Shown in pieces: positions 9,532 through 16,515 of a DNA stretch of 64,000 bases. Within the stretch, counting starts at the first letter, position 1; each line of letters begins with the position of its first letter. The stretch is taken from positions 64,001 to 128,000 of IMG/VR virus record IMGVR_UViG_3300043788_000040. One strand, 5' to 3'. The translations under genes were made by a program, and so were the position numbers. The stretch is from a virus. The notes under the pieces were generated by a model. That model was not told where the DNA came from. It was given only the letters and a program-made list of their open reading frames with translations, and did no database searches.

Positions 9532-10008
9532 ATGAACAGGATCATCCAGTTCGCCTACGAGTACGACTTCCTTTCCAACTTTTACACCACCACTGTTCAC
9601 CTTGACGGCTTGGCATACGCCTCGGTGGAGCACGCATACCAAGCCGCCAAGACTCTCAACCCCGAGAAGCGTCTGATCTTCACGCTGGATAATCCGAGCC
9701 TGACAGCCCGGCAAGCCAAGAAGATAGGACAAAATCTCAAACTGCGCGATGACTGGGATAAGGTCAAAGTTCCGATCATGCGTGAGCTTTTGTTCCAGAA
9801 GTTCTCCGGTGACCTCAAGCAGAAGCTCCTCGCCACAGGGGATGCTTATCTGGAAGAGGGCAACTGGTGGCACGACATCTTCTGGGGCGTATGTCATCAC
9901 AAGATGGAAGGCAAGACCTGCCGTGAGCCGGAGCATAGGCCTTTCGGAGGGAACCACCTCGGGTACCTGCTAATGGACGTCCGTGCCTACCATCCTCCTG
10001 TGCTATAA
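9532..10008 (+). CDS. NADAR (YbiA-like) family protein
   Basis: FLSNFY, SVEHAYQAAK, LLATG..LEEGN..D.FWG, GGNHLGYLLMDVR. Confidence 0.92.
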   Translation: MNRIIQFAYEYDFLSNFYTTTVHLDGLAYASVEHAYQAAKTLNPEKRLIFTLDNPSLTARQAKKIGQNLKLRDDWDKVKVPIMRELLFQKFSGDLKQKLLATGDAYLEEGNWWHDIFWGVCHHKMEGKTCREPEHRPFGGNHLGYLLMDVRAYHPPVL

Positions 10009-10026
10009 TCGGCACTGGAGGAACAC

Positions 10027-10395
10027 ATGGCAACTCTCAAGGAACAAGTAGCCGAACGGATCGCGACCCTCGGACCGACGGTGCAGGATGGCGTTGTTTC
10101 GGTTTTGGTAGAACAGGTCAAAGAGAAGCGCATCAAGGCTGTTCTCACGGCGCTGAGTCTTTTGGAAGACACACAGAAGGAACTCAAGAAAATCAAGCCC
10201 GAGCAGACGTTTGACGGCGACGGTAAGGTTCTCACCGAGTTCTACACCAAGGCGACCACTGAAGCACGCAAAAAGCTGACCGAGAAGATCACCAAGATTG
10301 AGACCGCGCTGACGCAAGCCCTCAGCGAAACCCCGAACTTCGAGAAGCTGTTCGCGGTCACGCAGGGCAAGGAAACCTCCAGCAGCGACGAGTAA
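10027..10395 (+). CDS. Hypothetical coiled-coil protein
   Basis: GGAGG RBS, 122 aa. Confidence 0.7.
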   Translation: MATLKEQVAERIATLGPTVQDGVVSVLVEQVKEKRIKAVLTALSLLEDTQKELKKIKPEQTFDGDGKVLTEFYTKATTEARKKLTEKITKIETALTQALSETPNFEKLFAVTQGKETSSSDE

Positions 10396-10794
10396 CCTTG
10401 ACAACGTCCGAGCATCTCTGGGCACTGGCAACGGAGAGGGCGAACGCCCCCGAACACATGCGGGAATTGTTCGCTCTCGCCATTGACCGCGCCACGTGGG
10501 AAGCAGCCGACAAAATCAATCACGACGTCGGACGTTCCATTTCTTACGACTATCCGCTTTCATCTCGTTGGCAGGGATCGGAACGGCGTTTTTACGCTGA
10601 GGCGCTTCATCGCTACGTTCAACTCAAGCTGGCGCTCCACCGGGTGAAGACAAGGCTTTCGTGGCACACGCCGTCAGAAGACGAAGAGGTCTTCCTTCAC
10701 CACAAAGAGACAGCGCTCCGTGCCCAGATTAAAGCTGCACGAGCCGCCAAGGGCGAAGCGATCTGGGGCGATTTGACGCCCGAAAAATAACCTC

Positions 10795-10823
10795 TTGACA
10801 GTTTCCCGATTTCTTGGTACTAT
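10795..10823 (+). promoter_or_regulatory. sigma70-type promoter of Pro/Met/Phe tRNA array
   Basis: TTGACA-N17-TACTAT. Confidence 0.85.
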
Positions 10824-10876
10824 ATGTGAGTACAAACTAAGCGGCGAAGTAAGCCGCTCATAGGTGCTGCCTTCAA

Positions 10877-10951
10877 ATGAACACGATGCGACCATTTTCG
10901 GGATTCCGACCGTACACGCCACCCAGCGTGCGCGGGGTCGCAAGTCTCTGA
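10877..10951 (+). CDS. Attenuator leader peptide MNTMRPFSGFRPYTPPSVRGVASL
   Basis: 24 codons with Pro CCA/CCG/CCA/CCC, Phe TTT/TTC, Met x2; lies between promoter and terminator. Confidence 0.7.
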   Translation: MNTMRPFSGFRPYTPPSVRGVASL

Positions 10952-10961
10952 CTTAGGAGAC

Positions 10962-10993
10962 AGCCCCCGCGCTGCAAGGCGTCGGGGCTTTGT
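10962..10993 (+). terminator. Attenuator terminator hairpin
   Basis: AGCCCC-C-GCGCT-GCAA-GGCGT-C-GGGGCT plus short T tract; CCCCGCGC can instead pair with GCGCGGGG (10930-10937). Confidence 0.6.
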
Positions 10994-11051
10994 GGGTTAT
11001 GAAATTCCCAACAAAGAAGCAATTTTAGCCGCCCCGACTGTAGTTCTGTAT

Positions 11052-11139
11052 CGGGACGTAGCCTCGTAAATGGAAGCGATCTCGCTTTGGAAGCGAGAGC
11101 TTAACCGCCTTGGGAGTTCGAGTCTCCCCGTCCCGACCA
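11052..11139 (+). tRNA. tRNA-Pro(TGG), atypical (long variable region, A37, irregular D arm)
   Basis: CGGGACG/CGTCCCG-ACCA, CTCGC-TTTGGAA-GCGAG. Confidence 0.8.
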
Positions 11140-11168
11140 AGTTTCGTTCGTGAAGTCAACGAACATGT

Positions 11169-11245
11169 CAGGGCGTAGCGCAGTCTGGTAGCGCACTCGT
11201 TTCGGATACGAGGGGTCGCTGGTTCGAATCCAGTCGCCCTGACCA
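11169..11245 (+). tRNA. tRNA-Pro(CGG) (A37)
   Basis: CAGGGCG/CGCCCTG, CTCGT-TTCGGAT-ACGAG, ACCA. Confidence 0.93.
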
Positions 11246-11434
11246 AGTTTGAGAGGCCCGGTGGACGTACCCATCGGCGTAAGTGGGTGGTTACATCCAG
11301 CCTCGTTGAGTGTGAGGTGGAGCGACATACGGGAAGGCGGCTGGCGATCAGCCCCCGGAGTCGTGGTACCGCAAGGTCCATAGTGCTGCCTGCCTAACCG
11401 CTCGCCGGATGGCAGCACGAGTCGCCCATAATTT

Positions 11435-11511
11435 CGGGACGTAGCGAAGCCTGGTATCGCGCACCCTTGGGGTGGGTGAGGCCCCGAGTTCGAATCTCGG
11501 CGTCCCGACCA
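11435..11511 (+). tRNA. tRNA-Pro(GGG)
   Basis: CACCC-TTGGGGT-GGGTG, ACCA. Confidence 0.93.
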
Positions 11512-11639
11512 AATTTTAGTAGTCAAAGGAAGCAATGATGAACAAACAACGCGGCTGGTACACAAGGATTTCAATGTAAGGCACCCTCACGTCCGTTTCG
11601 GTCGGAGGGATACTATCCCTCTGGGAAAGGAGACGGACG

Positions 11640-11825
11640 ATGAAGGTCGTGAAGGTGAAGTTTAACGCCAAGATGTTTTTCGTGAAGTTTGTGTTTTTCG
11701 TTGTTATCGCTGTGGTTGTGATCGCGATCTTCAAGAAGATCGGCGAGTTGGTTACCGCAGCGAAGTTGGTTGAGATGGCAGGCGAGGCTGTAAGCGAGGC
11801 TTTGTCTGAGGCAATCGACGTTTAA
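11640..11825 (+). CDS. Small membrane peptide (61 aa) with sequestered RBS
   Basis: AGGAG RBS; hydrophobic FVFFVVIAVVVIAIF segment. Confidence 0.65.
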   Translation: MKVVKVKFNAKMFFVKFVFFVVIAVVVIAIFKKIGELVTAAKLVEMAGEAVSEALSEAIDV

Positions 11826-11829
11826 GTTT

Positions 11830-11932
11830 TGCAGGTTCGGATTGAGGGGCAGGGTTAATGGCCCTGCTCCGTCCCGTGTGGGTGACCCATTATCACCCTT
11901 AAGCGCCAGTGAAAAGCTGGAGCCTGCGACCA
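11830..11932 (+). ncRNA. CCA-ended cloverleaf-like RNA without T-loop consensus
   Basis: TGCAGGTTC/GAGCCTGCG-ACCA with three internal hairpins. Confidence 0.5.
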
Positions 11933-11936
11933 GTTT

Positions 11937-12008
11937 TGCGGGGAAGTGAATTGGATCACGTCAGCCTCATAAGCTGAAAACCCGGTTCGAATCCGGCGAC
12001 CGCAACCA
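11937..12008 (+). tRNA. Degenerate tRNA-Met(CAT)
   Basis: TCAGC-CTCATAA-GCTGA, TTCGAAT loop, CCGCA-ACCA; acceptor stem mismatches. Confidence 0.65.
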
Positions 12009-12080
12009 ATTTGGGCAGGTAGTGCCTCCGAACGGCGGGCACGTAAAGCGGAATCAACCGCCATCCTAGCCCGACATTTT

Positions 12081-12686
12081 ATGGAACAGTACCCAGAGAT
12101 ACCCGGCGCGAAGAAAGCTCCCCTCGGGGAGAAGTGCATCGCGTTCTACAAGTACGACGGCTCCAACCTCCGGTGGGAATGGAGTCCGAAGCGTGGCTGG
12201 TACAAGTTCGGCACACGGACGGAATTGTTTGCCCCGAACCATCCGCTGTGGGGGCAGGCGGTGCCGCTCTTCAACGCAGTCGGCGACGACATCGTCAAGC
12301 GGGTGCTGGCGAGTGACAAGAAGTTCCGCAACATTGAGCGGATCATAGCGTTCACGGAATTCTTCGGGCCTTCAAGCTTTGCCGGGACGCACGACGAGAA
12401 GGAACAGAAGGAACTCAGGCTCTTTGACGTTTGGCTGTACAAGAAAGGCAGGATGTCCCCCCGGTGGTTTGTGGAGACGTTCGGAGACGCACCCTATGCG
12501 GCTCAGGTGATCTACGAAGGCAACCTGAACATGGAGTTCATCCGCGACGTGCGGACTGGGAAGTATCCGGTGTGGGAAGGAGTCGTGGCGAAGGGCGACG
12601 ACTTCATGGTCAAGATCAAGACCGAGGCGTACATGCTGAAGCTGAAAGAAGTGTACGGTCTGAACTGGGAAAAGTTTTCGGAGTAA
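12081..12686 (+). CDS. ATP-dependent RNA ligase-like nucleotidyltransferase (Rnl2-like adenylation domain)
   Basis: Motifs KYDGSN (I), EFFG (III), LFDV (IIIa), EGVV (IV), KIK (V). Confidence 0.8.
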   Translation: MEQYPEIPGAKKAPLGEKCIAFYKYDGSNLRWEWSPKRGWYKFGTRTELFAPNHPLWGQAVPLFNAVGDDIVKRVLASDKKFRNIERIIAFTEFFGPSSFAGTHDEKEQKELRLFDVWLYKKGRMSPRWFVETFGDAPYAAQVIYEGNLNMEFIRDVRTGKYPVWEGVVAKGDDFMVKIKTEAYMLKLKEVYGLNWEKFSE

Positions 12687-12687
12687 A

Positions 12688-12764
12688 CGGGACGTAGCGT
12701 AGCCTGGTATCGCGCATGCTTCGGGAGCATGAGACCGTGGGTTCGAATCCCACCGTCCCGACCA
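12688..12764 (+). tRNA. tRNA-Pro(CGG), canonical G37
   Basis: CATGC-TTCGGGA-GCATG, ACCA. Confidence 0.95.
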
Positions 12765-12769
12765 AGCTT

Positions 12770-12958
12770 ATGAGCAACAAGGTCAATCATAGACGGAGTG
12801 GGAAAGTTCGGGCGCAGCGCAGCAGGCGTTCGTCTAATCTGGTCAACGACCCGCGCCGGGACATCGGCAGGAATCACAACGACCAACTTTGCCACTCGGA
12901 GTGGAAGAAGATCAAGACGAGAATTGAGCGTCGCAGGTTAAAGGGAGAAGGAAGATGA
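12770..12958 (+). CDS. Small basic protein
   Basis: Arg/Lys-rich 62 aa; TGA overlaps the ATG of the release factor. Confidence 0.5.
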   Translation: MSNKVNHRRSGKVRAQRSRRSSNLVNDPRRDIGRNHNDQLCHSEWKKIKTRIERRRLKGEGR

Positions 12959-13615
12959 TTCTGGAGATAAGAGCAGCGGAAGGAGGCGAGGACGCGAAGC
13001 TCCTCGTTGAAGACCAAGTCACCATCTATGCCCGTGTGGCAACACGGAGGGGTCTTTAGTTTTGAGATTGTGGAGAAGCGACCGGGTCTCGTCGTATTGA
13101 GGATCACGGGCGCTGGGGCGGAAAGCATACTCGCCAACGAATCGGGTGGTCACCGCTGGCAAAGGGTACCGCCGACCGAGAGGCGAGGCAGGGTGCAGAC
13201 GAGCACGATCACCGTCGCAACGTTCGCCGAGGTGGCGACGGAAGAGTTCAAGGTGAACCCCACTGACTTAGAATGGGACACCATGCGAAGCGGGGGCAAG
13301 GGCGGGCAGAACGTGAACAAGGTTGAGTCCTGCGTTCGTGTCACGCACAAGCCGACCGGGCTGGCAGTACGATGTGAGTCCGAGCGGTCGCAGTCACGCA
13401 ACAGGGCGACGGCGCTTGCTACCCTGACTGCCCGGCTGGCAGCAGCGCACCGGGAGCGGGAGCAGGGCGCACAGTCCGCCGACCGGAAGGCGCAGATCGG
13501 CACGGGACAGCGTGGGGACAAGCGTAGGACAATCCGTGAGAAGGACGGGGTCGTGACAGACCACATCCTAAACCGGAAATGGCGATACGCGGACTATGTA
13601 CGTGGGCTGTGGTAA
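12955..13615 (+). CDS. RF1-type peptide chain release factor lacking domain 1, expressed via +1 frameshift at CTT-TAG (13054-13059)
   Basis: Frame 0 MILEIRAAEGGEDAKLL...RRGL*; +1 frame HRWQRVPPTERRGRVQTS and SGGKGGQNVNK; GGAGG 3 nt before CTT. Confidence 0.85.
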
Positions 13616-13618
13616 GAT

Positions 13619-13696
13619 GGCGGTGTAGCTCAGTTGGCTAAGAGCGCTGGTCTCATAAACCAGAGGTCGCTGGTTCGATCCCAGCCACCGCTACCA
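13619..13696 (+). tRNA. tRNA-Met(CAT), elongator type (Ile2 not excluded)
   Basis: GGCGGTG/CACCGCT, CTGGT-CTCATAA-ACCAG, ACCA. Confidence 0.9.
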
Positions 13697-13783
13697 AATT
13701 TTGCAGTACAAGGAGACAACGATGGCTAACCTTAGCAAGACCACTCATGCCGCGTAAGGCGTGGGCGGTCAAAGGAGAACCAA

Positions 13784-14299
13784 ATGTTGTCAGAAATCAA
13801 AAAGGCGGTCTCGCTGTACTTTGAGCCGCTCAAGAAGCTGTTGCAGTTCCGCGTAAAGCGCTGGCATACGGCTATGCGCGGCTGGGACGAGAAGGACATC
13901 CGGGTCATCATCTGTCTTGAAGACTTGATCTGGTACTGGATGGTTTTGGAATGGCTGTTCTGGGACAATGGCACGTACATCTGCCACTGGCTCCATTACG
14001 TCCCGCTTCCAAAATTTATCTGCAACTGGGAGCGTCACTGGGACAAGGACGACCCGGAGTACTTCGCCAAGTTCGGTGATTGGTTCGGCGATGACTTCGG
14101 ATGCCTGTGGCACGTATGGGTCTGTGACCCGTTGTGCCAGTGGGTGTGGAAGCACAAGGATTTCCACAAGGCGTGGCCTCAGTGGGAATTGACGCTGGAA
14201 GAAGCTCGCAAGACGTTTGCCCATGATCCGGCCATTTATGAGTGGGTTGAAAAAGAGCTTGAACAGCACAAGAAGTGGGATGCAGAAAAGGCTGAATAG
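13784..14299 (+). CDS. Hypothetical Trp-rich protein
   Basis: AAGGAG RBS, 171 aa. Confidence 0.65.
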   Translation: MLSEIKKAVSLYFEPLKKLLQFRVKRWHTAMRGWDEKDIRVIICLEDLIWYWMVLEWLFWDNGTYICHWLHYVPLPKFICNWERHWDKDDPEYFAKFGDWFGDDFGCLWHVWVCDPLCQWVWKHKDFHKAWPQWELTLEEARKTFAHDPAIYEWVEKELEQHKKWDAEKAE

Positions 14300-14315
14300 C
14301 GGTATCATATACAGA

Positions 14316-14457
14316 GTGGGAACCCCTCACTAACCTGACGAGGGGAGTTACCTGAAGACGCGGGATGGCCCAAAAGCGCTAGTTACCCGGCAGTCTAGGC
14401 TCTTAATCGCGTAACGGCTGAATAGCCGGAGCCGATGGTAACGGGGTTCTCACGCCA
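14316..14457 (+). ncRNA. CCA-ended structured RNA
   Basis: 11-bp GTGGGAACCCC/GGGGTTCTCAC stem followed by GCCA. Confidence 0.55.
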
Positions 14458-14512
14458 AGTTTTCAGTCCCAGTCCTGTCTGACTGGGTGGTTGCGGGGGC
14501 AAAAATTTCTGT

Positions 14513-14589
14513 CGCGGGATGGAGCAGCCCGGAAGCTCGCTTGGCTCATAACCAAGAGGTCGGTGGTTCAAATCCACCTCCCGCTACCA
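14513..14589 (+). tRNA. Initiator tRNA-fMet(CAT)
   Basis: CGCGGGA start with C1/U72 mismatch, GAGCAGCCCGGAAGCTC D arm, CTCATAA, TTCAAAT, ACCA. Confidence 0.9.
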
Positions 14590-15011
14590 GTTCAACGCCC
14601 GTAGGCTACGAGCCGAGAAGCAGAAGGGCTAGCAGAGTCATACGACCTTATAGGACGGGAAAGCTCTGCAACAGATGTGGCACGGGAGAACCGATGCGGG
14701 GAAGTCGCCTGTAAGTTTCCGTGCCGTCGTTTTCGGTTCCGTGTTCGTTTAAGGCGCAAGCCGGGTTCGTCACGGATTAAAGTGGTGGTCCAACGGAGAC
14801 GCCCCACGCCGAAGTGAGTTAACGCTCTAATACGGGAGCCAATCAATAACTCCCGTGGGGGCAGGTAAGACGCATTCGCTGAGTAATCTCCGGTTATCCG
14901 GTTGGTGCAGCGGTGAAATCGCGAATCATAGCGTCTTCTTAAACCGCCAGCCATGAGGGTCCCTGACGTCGGGTGGTGCAGTACTTCATGGAGCAATTTG
15001 GCGGTACGAGT

Positions 15012-15153
15012 TTCGCAGCGGTGTATTGTACGGTTACTTCATGCAACCAGTAGGTCGCGGGTTCGAATCCCGTCATCCCAACGCTTTACGGGGTGTAGCT
15101 CAGTGGTAGAGCGACAGGTAAGAAAAACGCCGTGCATCTTTGTTCCCTGCGGA
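15012..15153 (+). ncRNA. YrlA-like Y RNA (circularly permuted tRNA-like domain)
   Basis: GCAG-C-GG/CC-CTGC bulged terminal helix; T arm, closed acceptor stem and D arm GCTCAGTGGTAGAGC in permuted order; motif shared with RNAs next to the TROVE gene. Confidence 0.75.
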
Positions 15154-15525
15154 TTAACTTTTCCTCGTTTAGCAAAACGAGGTGGCGCAGCGGAGAAGCT
15201 TTAGCGACTCCGTCAGCCGTTCTCGGACGTAAACCGAGTGGTGGAGGCGGGCACACTGTGCTCGCCCCTCAATGTCAGTTGAAGTACCGACGAGGCACGA
15301 AATGTGTGAACCGTTGACTCGGGAAAAAGACTGGCACCAAATTTGAAGATGTTGTCCCAGTCAAGCTGTCGGACTAAACTCTGGACCCGGAGTAATGGGC
15401 TTGAAAGAAGCCATGCCCTAATAAGGAAGGCTGACAGCAAAAGATTACAATGAAGCTCACGTCCCAACTCGACACGTTTACCACGCCGCTTAAGGCGGCG
15501 CAGTAAACCTATCTGTGTACTGTAC

Positions 15526-15601
15526 CCGGACGTAGCTGATGTGGACTTAGCGCCACCCTGAAAAAGTGGAGATGGGAGTTCGATTCTCCCCGTCCGGACC
15601 A
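15526..15601 (+). tRNA. tRNA with Phe anticodon (GAA) and Pro-like acceptor stem
   Basis: CCGGACG/CGTCCGG-ACCA, loop CTGAAAA. Confidence 0.8.
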
Positions 15602-15603
15602 AC

Positions 15604-15681
15604 GGGGAGCGAGCTAGTCCGGTGATTTAGCGTCCGCCTGAAGAGCGGAAGAATTCGGTTCGACTCCGAGGCTCCCCGCCA
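15604..15681 (+). tRNA. tRNA-Phe(GAA), atypical (G8, G37, G73)
   Basis: GGGGAGC/GCTCCCC-GCCA, TCCGC-CTGAAGA-GCGGA. Confidence 0.8.
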
Positions 15682-16042
15682 CTCCTTCAAAAATTCTACC
15701 TTCGTACTTCGCAGCCTCATCCAACCACTTTTGTTCAGTTCTATTTGAATGCTCGATACGATGACAGTTTGAGCACAGCAGATCACATTTGTCTAATTCT
15801 GCTTTGATCACTTCCCAGCTTCTATTGGCGACGTCACCGATACCGAAGTCCTTTTCGTTCGGATCACGGTGGTGGAATTCAAAAGCAGCCGGGTGCCCGT
15901 TGAATCCACATCGCAAACATTTGCCACCAAGATATGCAATAGCAGCATTTTTAGCGCGTATGCGTCTGATTTTCGTGTTGCAAGAGTTGCAGCGATAGCG
16001 ACGCTGGTCGGGATGATCACGCCCACAGAGAGGACATTGCAT
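15614..16042 (-). CDS. HNH endonuclease
   Basis: CLRCG...FHHRDP...KCDLLCSNCHRIEH. Confidence 0.85.
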   Translation of the reverse strand: MQCPLCGRDHPDQRRYRCNSCNTKIRRIRAKNAAIAYLGGKCLRCGFNGHPAAFEFHHRDPNEKDFGIGDVANRSWEVIKAELDKCDLLCSNCHRIEHSNRTEQKWLDEAAKYEGRIFEGVAGSLGVEPNSSALQADAKSPD

Positions 16043-16138
16043 TGGTAGAGCACTCCTTGTTCTACCTTACCTTTGTTCCTGACAAATTGCAACGGCCTCA
16101 GTATTATATTGTCACGAGCACTAGAGGTCTCGTGAGAT

Positions 16139-16498
16139 ATGGCACACCAAAAAGTAGCTGGACGTGGGTGTATTTACTGCATTTACGAAAGCACCGACAA
16201 CACTCCGCTAGACAAGCAAAGCGCACGATACGTGGGAAAAACCTTTGATTTTGACGCCCGGTTAGCCGGACACAATCGAGAAATCCAAGCCCAACAAGAT
16301 GGGAAAAAGACCGCCTCCCTTAACGTGGATAGGAAGATTGCGTCGGGTCGGCGTGGCGGTAAGAGATACACGATGGAGTGTATCAAGCACCACGTGGCAA
16401 GCACAGATTTGAGTGCGTGGGAAAAGCATCTCATTGCTGAGTACAACACATACGGCGCTGCCGCCGAGCTTCAGTGGAACGAGACTGAAGGCGGATAG
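16139..16498 (+). CDS. GIY-YIG nuclease
   Basis: CIYCIY...YVGKT...RLAGH...WEKHLI...WNETEGG. Confidence 0.75.
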   Translation: MAHQKVAGRGCIYCIYESTDNTPLDKQSARYVGKTFDFDARLAGHNREIQAQQDGKKTASLNVDRKIASGRRGGKRYTMECIKHHVASTDLSAWEKHLIAEYNTYGAAAELQWNETEGG

Positions 16499-16515
16499 TC
16501 CAGTATTAGTCATGG

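Noticed and set aside
13007-13615. ORF-track start (TTG 13007) for the release factor
   Set aside because: Its first residues are not RF-like, while the frame from ATG 12955 is; the frameshift model fits better
15437-15500. tmRNA-tag-like frame AKDYNEAHVPTRHVYHAA* with the stop in a hairpin loop
   Set aside because: No tRNA-like domain with G3-U70, T arm and CCA could be assigned, and the putative resume codon lies inside another stem; ARAGORN tmRNA mode would settle it
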